From Alphaproteobacteria bacterium (GTDB lineage: Bacteria; Pseudomonadota; Alphaproteobacteria; UBA8366; GCA-2717185): a DNA stretch of 64,000 nucleotides. The notes under the pieces are model-generated. The model did not search any database and had not been told where the DNA came from. It saw nothing but the letters and a program-made list of their open reading frames with translations. The stretch spans positions 14,473-78,472 of the forward strand of contig JAKZTB010000106.1 in assembly GCA_047517345.1 (NCBI GenBank), in the 5' to 3' direction. A program made the translations under genes and the position numbers. Positions 15,669 to 24,861 of this stretch are shown piece by piece; position 1 is the first letter of the stretch, and the number at the start of each line of letters is the position of its first letter.

Positions 15669-17745
15669 ATTGATCGTCGAGGCGAAGATATCGAAGCTTT
15701 TCGGTAATGGCGCATTATACGTAAACCGCAACTGGGGCAGTCCTAGAAGGAACCGCAACGCATTGCTGGAGGGGCCGTACATTTTCGAGTACGTCCCTGG
15801 CAACATCTCCCATCTGCGTTTGGATCTTCCAACCGAGGCTGGCGCTCGGGTGGAGTTCGGCAACATCTATATCAGGACCTCGGACAGCTACCGGCCCTTT
15901 GCGGGACGCAAGCTGCTGTCCTTCGGCACTTCCGAAATAGCAAATTGGCAGATTCATACCGGCAGCTGGCTCGATAAAGGCCGGGTGTTGTTGACCGATC
16001 GACGTATGGTCGAGATACACATTCCGAACGCCATCGACCTCGACGCATTATTGCCTTCGCCTGCGCAAACCCCAGCACATCTGAAGATATATTTCGCGTC
16101 CGGGTTGGCGGGCCTTGGTCTCGCGTTGGCTCTTGGGCTTTTTATCCTCGTGGCATTAGCCGGTCATTATCCGAATCTGACCAGGCGAGTTGTCATTTTT
16201 GCGACCGGTGGGGCTTGCTGGCTGCAGGTCCTGCTTTCTGCGTTTCCCGCGCACTGGACGTTTGATCAATACTATACGCTGAATGAGCTGTTTGCAGGGA
16301 AGCTGTCTGATTTGCACCCGCCCTTGTCCGTGCTGTCTTGGGTTTTCACAATGGATCTGGCGCGTTTCTTAGGATTCGGGAAGCTCGGCGAGATCGCGTT
16401 TCTATTTGTCCTGCAGACGACATTGTTCTGGATTGCAGCGATATACGTCGCGACGCAATTCAGACACACGGCAATTGCCGCTGCCATGCTCTTTGCGATA
16501 GCGGCGACACCGTCCACCTTGTCGCTGTTAGGCGATATAGGGAAGGACGGTCAGCTGATGATAGCGCTGTTTCTTTCGGTTGCTGTCTTGCATCGCGCCG
16601 ATAAGAAGGCTTCGCTAATGTATCTGGCGCTAGCCCTACCGTTATTGTTCTACGCCTATTTGGTGCGGACGAACGCGCCGGCGGCGGTGCTTCCGCTGTG
16701 TTTCTACGCCGGCTTCGTTCTTGTTCGAATCCTGCGAAATCATATTAGCAACTCACCCACCCTCACGCGAAATCTGTATGCCACAACGGTTAACGGCGTG
16801 GCCGCCATTGCCTTGTTCGCGGCGTTTTTCGGTGCGGCGCTGGCGTTTTACAAGATCGCGGTCCCGAATCCCTGTTGCTTGGGGGCGCCCGGCGCCGCGA
16901 CTGCATTGCACGACCTGATGGGACTCACGGCGCGAACACAGAAGAACTTGATGCCGGACTACGTTCTAACGGAACGGGCATCCGGAAAAGACGGAGTGAC
17001 AAAGCGATATTGGGGTACCCCAGGCAATGTCGACTTTACCGGGTTGAATTCCATCCTGCCCGCCGACAAACAGGCAGATTTGATTCGCGTCTGGCTGCGC
17101 GAAATCGCGAACCACCCTGTCGAGTATTGGGAACACCGGCTTTGGGTGAATAAGTACTTTTTCGGGTTTACCCGTGAACGAAACATGTTGCCGTACTTTG
17201 TGAGTATGCCGACGCCGGAGTTTTCATGGGTGACGCCGCAATCGCGGGAGTTGTTTTCCGGACTCGGTGATACGTCAATACAAATGACCATGGCCAAGAC
17301 GTACATTATCGCCTATCTGGTCTTGCTTAAGGACTCGGGCCTTATGAGGCTCTGGGTTTATACGGTCGTATTTCTTTGTGCCTTGGCATTCCTGCCGGCG
17401 CAATTCGATAACCCGCTGAACCGGCGGTCGTTAGCATGTGCGGCCTCGGCGTCGATTCACGTTCTTCCGTTGATACTATTGACGTCCAGCGCGAGCGCAC
17501 GCTATCTGTCCTGGGCATTTTTGGCGGTTTTGGCGACGCTGTTTTTGCGGTTGGATATGAGCTTTTCAAATCGGCACAGTGGCGCCGGACCGATGCGCAC
17601 TCAGTCTTCGATCGTGGCGTTGGTCCGTCGTTTCCGAACGTTTCCGATAGGCGATAGGGTTCACCCGATTGCGAACTTTGCGCTTTGGACGGCCGGTTTG
17701 CTGGTCCTGGGATACTGGGTGTCCTCGTTCGTACCAGTCGGGTAG
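15571..17745 (+). CDS. Orphan polytopic membrane protein, possibly GT-C (ArnT/PMT)-like glycosyltransferase
   Basis: 724 aa. The only available start is the TTG at 15571, directly after an in-frame TAA (15565-15567). It has an N-terminal anchor, a module paralogous to the 14904 protein, then about a dozen hydrophobic segments and one large loop. The family assignment is a guess from architecture. Confidence 0.55.
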   Translation: MFFFLVFGILLCSSSILLINAYRASLAYVPSYELIVEAKISKLFGNGALYVNRNWGSPRRNRNALLEGPYIFEYVPGNISHLRLDLPTEAGARVEFGNIYIRTSDSYRPFAGRKLLSFGTSEIANWQIHTGSWLDKGRVLLTDRRMVEIHIPNAIDLDALLPSPAQTPAHLKIYFASGLAGLGLALALGLFILVALAGHYPNLTRRVVIFATGGACWLQVLLSAFPAHWTFDQYYTLNELFAGKLSDLHPPLSVLSWVFTMDLARFLGFGKLGEIAFLFVLQTTLFWIAAIYVATQFRHTAIAAAMLFAIAATPSTLSLLGDIGKDGQLMIALFLSVAVLHRADKKASLMYLALALPLLFYAYLVRTNAPAAVLPLCFYAGFVLVRILRNHISNSPTLTRNLYATTVNGVAAIALFAAFFGAALAFYKIAVPNPCCLGAPGAATALHDLMGLTARTQKNLMPDYVLTERASGKDGVTKRYWGTPGNVDFTGLNSILPADKQADLIRVWLREIANHPVEYWEHRLWVNKYFFGFTRERNMLPYFVSMPTPEFSWVTPQSRELFSGLGDTSIQMTMAKTYIIAYLVLLKDSGLMRLWVYTVVFLCALAFLPAQFDNPLNRRSLACAASASIHVLPLILLTSSASARYLSWAFLAVLATLFLRLDMSFSNRHSGAGPMRTQSSIVALVRRFRTFPIGDRVHPIANFALWTAGLLVLGYWVSSFVPVG

Positions 17746-17821
17746 CCGGATAAAGCTGTGGAAGGCTTAAAAACGGCCTGATTGGCGGCGGCGGCGCCTG
17801 CCGTATTGCGAGGAGAGCAAG

Positions 17822-19027
17822 ATGAAAATCACAGGGTGCGAAACGCTGCATTGCGGCGCGGGCTGGCGGAACTTCTCGTTCTTGAAACTGAAGACCGACG
17901 AAGGCCTGACCGGCATCGCAGAGTACAACGAGAGCTATGGCAGCAAGGGCCTGACTGGCGTGATCGAAGCGCTTGTGGCGGCGATCGAAGGTTGCGACCC
18001 CCGCGATCATGAACCGGTCAGCCAAAGACTCTACGCGATGACGCGGCAGGCGCCGGGCGGCATCAACCAGCAGGCTATCGCGGCGATAGAGAACGCGATG
18101 ATGGATATTACCGGCAAGGCGCTCGACGTCCCGGTCTACGCCCTGCTCGGCGGCGCGGTGCGCGACCGGTTAAAGCTCTACTGGTCGCATTGCGGGACCT
18201 ATCTGATGAACGACAACGCCTCCGAAGCCATGGGGTTGGAGCGGATGCGCTCGCTCGACGATGTGGTTGCCCTCGGTCGTCGCGTGAAAGAGTCGGGCTT
18301 CAAGGCGCTGAAGACGAACATCTTTCTGTTTGACCGCAACCCCGGACTCTACATGCCGGGATTTGCGCGCGGCGGCGGCGGGCCGGCGTTGAACGTCGAG
18401 AAAAATATCATCGACGGACTACGCGATCAGCTGGAGGCGTTCCGCGAGGGCGCCGGTCCCGATTTGGGCATCCATCTCGATCTCAACTTCAACTGCAAGA
18501 CCGAAGGCTATCTGCAGATCACCCGCGCGTTGGACGATCTCGGCCTGACCTGGTTCGAGATCGACATGTACGACCCGGCCGGCCTGCGCCATATCCGCAA
18601 TTCGATCCGCACGCCGATCGCCTCCTGCGAGTCGCTGTACGGGTTGCGCGAATTCCGGCCCTTCTTCGAGCATCATTCGATGGATGTGGCGATCATCGAT
18701 CTGCCCTGGAACGGCGCCTGGCTCAGCATGAAGATCGCCGCCATGGCCGAGGCCTATGAAATCAACTGCGCGCCGCATAATTTCTACGGCCATCTTTCGA
18801 CGATCATGAGCGCACATCTTTGCGTCGCGTTGCCGAATTTCCGGATCATGGAGATCGACGTCGACGACGTGCCGTGGAAGGACGATATCGTGACCGCTGT
18901 GCCGGAAATCGAGGACGGCTACCTCAAATTGCCGCAGGGACCCGGTTGGGGTGTCGAGCTGAACGAGGACGCCATCCGCGAACATCCGCCGATCGTCACG
19001 CAGAATTCAGCGGCCGGCAACAACTAG
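17822..19027 (+). CDS. Enolase-superfamily enzyme (mandelate racemase/muconate lactonizing, acid-sugar dehydratase-like)
   Basis: 401 aa with GAGGAG upstream. Motifs: MKITGCETLHCGAGWRNFSFLKLKTDEGLTGIAE, ENAMMDITGKALDVPVYALLGG, HLDLNF, ESLYG. Confidence 0.85.
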   Translation: MKITGCETLHCGAGWRNFSFLKLKTDEGLTGIAEYNESYGSKGLTGVIEALVAAIEGCDPRDHEPVSQRLYAMTRQAPGGINQQAIAAIENAMMDITGKALDVPVYALLGGAVRDRLKLYWSHCGTYLMNDNASEAMGLERMRSLDDVVALGRRVKESGFKALKTNIFLFDRNPGLYMPGFARGGGGPALNVEKNIIDGLRDQLEAFREGAGPDLGIHLDLNFNCKTEGYLQITRALDDLGLTWFEIDMYDPAGLRHIRNSIRTPIASCESLYGLREFRPFFEHHSMDVAIIDLPWNGAWLSMKIAAMAEAYEINCAPHNFYGHLSTIMSAHLCVALPNFRIMEIDVDDVPWKDDIVTAVPEIEDGYLKLPQGPGWGVELNEDAIREHPPIVTQNSAAGNN

Positions 19028-19222
19028 AGCGCTTTCATCCAGGTTACTTCGCCTGCCGCACAGCATGCACGCGATCGCGAACGCCTGGAAAATCGCGGTC
19101 ATCGCGAAGAACGCAGCCGGCGAGGCGCCGACCAGCCCGGACGACATCGCGTAAACGGCGGCGAAGCCGGCCCAGGCAACCTTCCAACCGAAGAATATCC
19201 GCGTCGTTTTACCCCAATTCTC
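19007..19222 (-). pseudogene. Start-less open frame, probable 3' remnant of a membrane-protein gene
   Basis: The minus frame reads ENWGKTTRIFFGWKVAWAGFAAVYAMSSGLVGASPAAFFAMTAIFQAFAIACMLCGRRSNLDESALVVAGR with strongly G/C-biased third positions. It is bounded upstream by TAG and has no plausible start before an internal Met. Confidence 0.3.
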
Positions 19223-19329
19223 CTATGTTTCGGGACGACCCTATGGTGCCGATGCGGGGTCATGCTTCGATGGGGATCGAAGCATTCGTGTTGCGATCCT
19301 GCTACGCTGCGGTCTGGAGGTATGAATTG

Positions 19330-20031
19330 ATGGTCAGCACGAATCAGATTGCCGAGATCGGCATGCTTGTCGGCGTACCGGCCCGCGCCGCCATCCTGGG
19401 CGCGTTGATGGACGGCCGCGCGCTGACGGCGACCGAACTATCGCGCGTCGCCGGCGTGACCCCGCAGACCGCGAGCAGTCACCTCGCGCGGCTGACGTCG
19501 GCCAAGCTCGTCGCCGTGCGGAAGCAGGGCCGGCACCGCTATCACCGCTTGGCGCACCCGGAAGTGGCGCGCATGCTCGAAGGCATCATGCAGATCGCTT
19601 CGATAAGCGACGTGGGCCCGAAGCGAAAGCTCGTCACCGGCCCGCGCGATGCCGCGATGCAGCGGGCCCGTACCTGCTACGATCATTTGGCCGGGCGACT
19701 CGGCGTTGCGATTTCGGATCGTCTGGTCGAGGAGGGCGCGGTCGAGTTCGACAGCGAATCGGGATTGCTCACCGAGCATGGCGCCACGTTTCTGGCCGAG
19801 CGAGGCATCGAGCTTTCGGGAAAGCGCAAATCGTCGCGCCCGGTCTGCCGTCCCTGCCTTGATTGGAGCGAACGCCGGCCGCATATCGCCGGCAAGCTCG
19901 GCGCGGCGATCTGTACCCACTATTTCGATAAGGGTTACGTGCGGCGGCGCAACGGGACGCGGGCGCTCGACATCACGCTACCCGGCCGGCACGCCCTGCG
20001 CGAAATGTTCGGCATCTCAGACATGGCATGA
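19330..20031 (+). CDS. ArsR/SmtB-type winged-helix transcriptional regulator with C-terminal extension
   Basis: 233 aa from the ATG at 19330 (GGAGG 9-10 nt upstream). ARAAILGALMDGRALTATELSRVAGVTPQTASSHLARLTSAKLV is an ArsR-type HTH. The upstream part of the 403-aa track ORF is rejected. Confidence 0.8.
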   Translation: MVSTNQIAEIGMLVGVPARAAILGALMDGRALTATELSRVAGVTPQTASSHLARLTSAKLVAVRKQGRHRYHRLAHPEVARMLEGIMQIASISDVGPKRKLVTGPRDAAMQRARTCYDHLAGRLGVAISDRLVEEGAVEFDSESGLLTEHGATFLAERGIELSGKRKSSRPVCRPCLDWSERRPHIAGKLGAAICTHYFDKGYVRRRNGTRALDITLPGRHALREMFGISDMA

Positions 20032-21170
20032 GCGGCTACGAAGCCACATTCGACGCGGAGGAAATCGCCGCCGGGATCGCCGAATGGGCGGCGATAGAAA
20101 GTCCGAGCTTCGATCCCGACGCCGTCAACCGCATGATGGACCTGGCCGAGTCGGCGATGTCGGGTCTCGGCGCGGCGGTCGAACGGATTCCCGGCACGGA
20201 CGGTTACGGCGATGTGGTCCGGGCGCGATTCGCCTGGGGCGCGGAGCCGGGCATTCTGGTATTGGGGCACCTCGATACCGTGCATCTCGTGGGCACCCTG
20301 TCGGAAACTTTGGCGGTCCGGCGCGACGGCGACCGGCTCTACGGGCCGGGCGTGCTGGATATGAAGGGCGGGATGTACCTCGCGGTGCACACCATCGAGC
20401 AAGTCATCGCGACGCGGGAACGGCTTACCCTGCCGATGACCTTTCTGTTCATTCCGGACGAGGAAATCGGCAGCCCGTCGACCCGCGCCCTGATCGAGGA
20501 AGAGGCGCGGGCAAACCGCTATGTGCTGGTGCCGGAACCGGGTAAACCGGACAAGTTCGTCACCGGACGGCACGCTTTCCTGCGCTATAAATTGCACACC
20601 TACGGCCGACCCGCGCATGCCGGCGTCGCCAAAGGCGTCGGACGCAGCGCGATCAGCGTCATGGCGCAACTGATCGCCCGAATCGAGGGGTTCAGCGACG
20701 TCGAACGCGAGATGACCTACAGGGTCGGCGTGATAAATGGCGGTAATTTCGTCAACGTCGTCCCGACCGAATGCCATGCCGAGGTGCTGTGCGTCGCGCC
20801 GACGCCGGAGAGCTTCGCCGAGGTCCAGCGCCGCATGGTTTCGCTCGAGTCGCCTCATCCGGAGGTGCGGCTGGAGGTCGAGCCGTGCCCGATACGGCCG
20901 CTGTTCTCGGTCCATCCGGCGACGCTCGATCTCTTGGAAGTGGCACAGCGGGTCGCGCGCGAGGTCGGACTCGATCTCGGTCACGGCCAATTCGGCGGCG
21001 GCAGCGATGGCAATTTCACTGGCGCGCTGGGGATTCCGACACTGGACGGTCTCGGCGTCTGCGGCGACGGCGTGCACACCAAGCAGGAGCACCTGCTGGT
21101 GTCGTCGCTGGTGCCGCGGGCGCGGCTGCTCGCCGGTTTGTTCGAGGCGCTGTCGGAGCGGAACCGTTAA
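20028..21170 (+). CDS. M20-family metallopeptidase (carboxypeptidase G2 / glutamate carboxypeptidase-like)
   Basis: Motifs: VLGHLDTV, GPGVLDMKGG, FIPDEEIGSP, GGSDGNF. ATGA overlap with the ArsR-type gene. Confidence 0.85.
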   Translation: MSGYEATFDAEEIAAGIAEWAAIESPSFDPDAVNRMMDLAESAMSGLGAAVERIPGTDGYGDVVRARFAWGAEPGILVLGHLDTVHLVGTLSETLAVRRDGDRLYGPGVLDMKGGMYLAVHTIEQVIATRERLTLPMTFLFIPDEEIGSPSTRALIEEEARANRYVLVPEPGKPDKFVTGRHAFLRYKLHTYGRPAHAGVAKGVGRSAISVMAQLIARIEGFSDVEREMTYRVGVINGGNFVNVVPTECHAEVLCVAPTPESFAEVQRRMVSLESPHPEVRLEVEPCPIRPLFSVHPATLDLLEVAQRVAREVGLDLGHGQFGGGSDGNFTGALGIPTLDGLGVCGDGVHTKQEHLLVSSLVPRARLLAGLFEALSERNR

Positions 21171-22510
21171 CCCAGCACCGCCTTGGTCGCGTCGGCCATG
21201 ATCTCGACGATACGATCGATCGACGACTCGCTGGTCACGACCGGCGGCGCCAGGCAGTAAACGTCGCCGCGCACGCGGCTGAACATGCCGCGTTCCATCG
21301 TTTCCGCATGGATCTTGGGCCCGATCGCCTCTGCCGCGTCGAAGACTTCCTTGGTCGAGCGGTCCTTGACGTACTCGACGCCGCACATCATGCCGAGCCC
21401 GCGAATATCGCCGACATTGGGGTGCTCGCCGAGCGCGTCCTTCAGGCCGTGCAGCAGACGCTTGCCCTTGGCTGCGGCTTGGCCCGGAAAATCGTCGGTT
21501 TCTATGACGTCGAGCATGGCGTTGGCGATGGCGCAGCCGACCGGGTGCGCGCTGTACGTGTAGGCGTGCATGAAGGGCTTGCCGCTGTCGTCCATGGTCC
21601 GGGCGATCTCATCGCTGACGCCGATACCGCCGAGTGGGAAGTAACCCGAGGTGATCGCCTTGGCGAACTGGATCAGGTCGGGTTGCACGCCCCAATGCTC
21701 CAGCCCGAACATTGTGCCGGTTCGGCCGAAGCCGGTGATCACCTCGTCGGAGACCAGCAGCACGTCGTACTGGTCGCAGATTTCGCGGATGCGCGGGAAA
21801 TAATCGTCCTGCGGCACGATTACGCCGCCCGCGCCCTGTACCGGTTCGGCGATGAACATGGCGACGGTGTCCGGCCCGGCGTCGAGAATCGCCTTTTCCA
21901 GCTCGTTTGCCGCGGCGATGCCCTGACTCTCACCGGCGGGCGCTTCGTAGAAATAGGGGTAGGGCCCCGGGATGTGGATGAAGCCCGGCACCCGCGGCTC
22001 TAACATCGCCCAATAGGCGTCGATGCCGGTCGCGCTCATCGCCGCCAAAGTTACGCCGTGATAGCCCCAGATGCGCGAGATGACCTTGGTCTTTTCCGGC
22101 TTGCCCTTCAGCTTCCAGTAATAGCGCGCCATCTTGATGTTGGTGTCGGTCGCCTCGCCGCCGCCGGAGGTGAAGTAGAAATGGTTGATATTGGGATAGG
22201 TGATGCCGGCAAGCCGTTCCGCCAGTTCGATGGCGCGCGGGTTCGAACTGCCCGCATAGCCGGACGCGTAGGCCATCTCGGTGAGTTGTTTCGCGCCGGC
22301 CTCCGCCAGCTCGCGCCTACCGTTGCCCGCCGTGTTGTTCCACAGGCCCGAGAGACCGTCGATGTATTGGTCGCCGTTGGCGTCGACCAGGAATTCGCCT
22401 TCGCCGCCGACCCAGACCTTGCCGCCGGTATGGGCTGCCTTGCTGTGCAGCGGGTGAATGAGATGGGCCATGTCCCGATCGAGCAGGGCGGCTTCGGCAT
22501 TGTTCGACAT
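21167..22510 (-). CDS. Class-III PLP-dependent (omega-)aminotransferase
   Basis: 447 aa. Motifs: FTSGGGEATDTNIKMAR, GYHGVT, LVSDEVITGFGRTG, FAKAITSGYFPLG (PLP lysine context). 4-nt convergent overlap with the M20 gene. Confidence 0.9.
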   Translation of the reverse strand: MSNNAEAALLDRDMAHLIHPLHSKAAHTGGKVWVGGEGEFLVDANGDQYIDGLSGLWNNTAGNGRRELAEAGAKQLTEMAYASGYAGSSNPRAIELAERLAGITYPNINHFYFTSGGGEATDTNIKMARYYWKLKGKPEKTKVISRIWGYHGVTLAAMSATGIDAYWAMLEPRVPGFIHIPGPYPYFYEAPAGESQGIAAANELEKAILDAGPDTVAMFIAEPVQGAGGVIVPQDDYFPRIREICDQYDVLLVSDEVITGFGRTGTMFGLEHWGVQPDLIQFAKAITSGYFPLGGIGVSDEIARTMDDSGKPFMHAYTYSAHPVGCAIANAMLDVIETDDFPGQAAAKGKRLLHGLKDALGEHPNVGDIRGLGMMCGVEYVKDRSTKEVFDAAEAIGPKIHAETMERGMFSRVRGDVYCLAPPVVTSESSIDRIVEIMADATKAVLG

Positions 22511-22663
22511 ATTCAGTACCTCGGAGGTTTAGGCGGTAAACCAGAAGTTTGCGTGCCGCACCGTTGTTCGATCAAGCGAAATCGGCAGGGCTGCTTGCGT
22601 GATTTGGCTGTGCCGAGGGCACGGTTTAGGCTGATGCTTCAACCCATGAAGGAGCAGTAAACG

Positions 22664-23065
22664 ATGTCCAGAAGTCAGGCCTACGAGAAAGGCAGCGAAA
22701 TTCGCCAGGAATTGATGGGCGACGCCATGGCGAACGACATGGCGAAGACGGTCTATGACGACCCGATCATGGAGAAGTTCGGCGACTACGCGCGCGAGGC
22801 GGTGTTCGGCCTGTTGTGGTCCAGGCCCGGTCTCGACCTGAAGACGCGTACGCTGATCTGCTGCATCACGGATACGGCGACCGGTCGCTGGCCGGAGTTG
22901 GAAATCCACCTGCGGATGGCGCGCCGCCAAGGCTGGACCGAGGACGAGCTGTCGGAAGCGCTGCTGCACACCTCGGGCTATATCGGCGTCCCCTCGGTGC
23001 GCGAGGCGATGATCGTCGCGAAGGAAGTGTTCGCCAAGATGCGGGCGGAAGATAGCGGCGATTAG
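22664..23065 (+). CDS. Carboxymuconolactone decarboxylase (CMD/PcaC) family protein
   Basis: 133 aa. GLLWSRPGLDLKTRTLICCI...HLRMARRQGWTEDELSEALLHTSGYIGVPS is the typical CMD-domain pattern. Confidence 0.85.
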   Translation: MSRSQAYEKGSEIRQELMGDAMANDMAKTVYDDPIMEKFGDYAREAVFGLLWSRPGLDLKTRTLICCITDTATGRWPELEIHLRMARRQGWTEDELSEALLHTSGYIGVPSVREAMIVAKEVFAKMRAEDSGD

Positions 23066-23088
23066 GGTGTACGGGCAAGCATCGCGCC

Positions 23089-23417
23089 GTGATCTACAAA
23101 ATCTGCACCGAGGATGAGTGGCGCGACGCGGAACGGAACGGCGAATTCACCGGCAGCGCGATCGACATCGCGGACGGGTTCATCCACTTCTCGACCGCCG
23201 CCCAGGTCGAAGAGACTGCGCGGCGGCATTTCGCGGGGCAGACGGACCTGGTGCTTGTCGCGGTCGATCCGGAGAGGCTTGGCGATGCGCTGATATGGGA
23301 GCCGTCGCGCGGCGGAGATTTTTTCCGCACCTTCTTGGCGCACTATCGGCGGCTGCTGTGGCGTCAGCAGTGCTCTTGCCGCTCGGCGATGACGGCGCAC
23401 ACGTCTTTCCGGAGTAG
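23089..23417 (+). pseudogene. DUF952-family gene interrupted by a 1-nt frameshift in a T6 run
   Basis: The frame from the GTG at 23089 gives MIYKICTEDEWRDAERNGEFTGSAIDIADGFIHFS...WEPSRGGDFF. The conserved tail FPHLLGALSAAAVASAVLLPLGDDGAHVFPE lies in the -1 frame and ends at the TAG 23415-23417. The switch point is TTTTTT at 23319-23324. Confidence 0.7.
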
Positions 23418-23419
23418 CT

Positions 23420-24010
23420 CTAACCCCCGATCCACAGGCTCCATACCGCCAGCAGCGGCGTCTCATACGATCGCATCGCGTGGCTTATGTTGGGAATGTT
23501 GTGGACGGTGCCGCCGAGACCGGGCTTGTGCCAGGTGCCTTCGTTCTGGCGCCAGGCGCTGTCGGAGAGGACGGCGTAGATCTCTTCGGGCGGATGGTTG
23601 TGGTCGGGATAGACGGTATCAGGTGCGACCAGGCTGACCCCGATCCGCACATCGTTGCGCTGCTCGATGCCGTCGACGCCGACGACTACAGCATTGGCGT
23701 GCCGGTTTCGGAAATGGTCGTCTGTCGTCGGTTTCATCAGCCAGCCCAGTTGCGGCTCAATGGCGGCCAACGCCGCGCCGAGCTGGACCGTTCGCTCCGG
23801 GCCTTCTTTGGCGTTCTCGAAGGCGGCGGGCAGATGGTCGCAGACCGGCAGCCGGTTCGGATCCCTCGGTTCGTGGCGGCCACCGTCTTTTGCAAGCGCG
23901 TCGAAGATATTCTTCGCTGCCGGTTTGGCACCCTCCGGCAGACCGCCCTCGAAGACGGCCCGCTTTACCGAATCGATGAAATGCTGCAGTTCCGGGGATC
24001 GTTCGCTCAT
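23420..24010 (-). CDS. Cupin-fold protein, DMSP-lyase (DddL-type) family-like
   Basis: 196 aa from the ATG at 24010 (ATGA overlap with the upstream gene). It has the cupin metal motif YPDHNHPPEEIY and a second motif GGTVHNIPNISH. The family call comes from memory of DddL-like cupins and is not verified. Confidence 0.55.
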   Translation of the reverse strand: MSERSPELQHFIDSVKRAVFEGGLPEGAKPAAKNIFDALAKDGGRHEPRDPNRLPVCDHLPAAFENAKEGPERTVQLGAALAAIEPQLGWLMKPTTDDHFRNRHANAVVVGVDGIEQRNDVRIGVSLVAPDTVYPDHNHPPEEIYAVLSDSAWRQNEGTWHKPGLGGTVHNIPNISHAMRSYETPLLAVWSLWIGG

Positions 24011-24861
24011 GACGGGCTTGCTCCCTCCCCGCCATAGACCCCGGTCGGCTTGAGCGGGCTGTTGGCGAAGACGTTCTTGCCCGTCTTCTGCGTCGTGTTG
24101 CGCCAGGCGGCCAGTTCCTCCGGCCCGAACTCGATCTTCGGCGACGGGTCGATATCGACGTTGTTGTAGGTATTGACGCCGCGCACCAGCATCGCGGAAT
24201 CGCGGTGCGCGCGAACCTCCGTGTGAGTCGGCATCATCTCCACCAGCAGGATGACGCGCCGATCCTTGGCACGGTTGATGTTGGAGCCATGGATGATGCC
24301 GGCGTTGAACAGGCCGATCTCGCCTGGTTTGAGGACGATGTCGACGGCTTTCGATTCGTCGAAGCCTTCGGAAATGTACTGGCCGCGCGACAGGATGCTG
24401 TCCGGATTTCCCGTATCGGTGTGTTCCAGGATGCCGGTCTTGTGCGAGCCGGGGATGACCTTGAGGCAGCCATGGTCGAGCGAACATTCCTCAAGCGCTA
24501 GCGCGCCGATCACCAATATGGGCCGGATCGGGTTGTACGCGCCGTCCTGGTGCCAGCCGGCATGGGTTTTGCCGTCCGGGCTCTTGATTCGGAAGGCCAT
24601 GCTGTAGCACAGGATGTTCGGCCCGATCAGGTCTTCATAGACGTCGAGGATCCCCGGATGCCGCGCGATCTCTTCCACCCACGGGCACAGCAGGTGCGAC
24701 TTGCTCTTCAACTTGAGTCGGTCGTTGGGATGCTTTGCCTCGAACGCTTCCAGGCAGCCGTTGAAATACGCGACTTCGTCCGCCATGAGCACGGGAACCG
24801 GCGGCAGGAATCCCTGCTCGTGAAACTGTTCGACGGCGTCTTGGGAGAGAACTTTTGGCAT
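24007..24861 (-). CDS. Phytanoyl-CoA dioxygenase (PhyH) family Fe(II)/2OG oxygenase
   Basis: 284 aa from the ATG at 24861, which overlaps the TAA of the SDR gene. Motifs: GWHQDGAY (HxD), LKVIPGSHK, FNAGIIHGSNINR. Confidence 0.85.
   Translation of the reverse strand: MPKVLSQDAVEQFHEQGFLPPVPVLMADEVAYFNGCLEAFEAKHPNDRLKLKSKSHLLCPWVEEIARHPGILDVYEDLIGPNILCYSMAFRIKSPDGKTHAGWHQDGAYNPIRPILVIGALALEECSLDHGCLKVIPGSHKTGILEHTDTGNPDSILSRGQYISEGFDESKAVDIVLKPGEIGLFNAGIIHGSNINRAKDRRVILLVEMMPTHTEVRAHRDSAMLVRGVNTYNNVDIDPSPKIEFGPEELAAWRNTTQKTGKNVFANSPLKPTGVYGGEGASPS

Noticed and set aside
22527-22634. Direct repeat GGTTTAGGCGG (22527-22537) / GGTTTAGGCTG (22624-22634) in the aminotransferase/CMD divergent region
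   Set aside because: Only two short copies with one mismatch, which could be chance or a minor regulator site. Not enough to call a feature.
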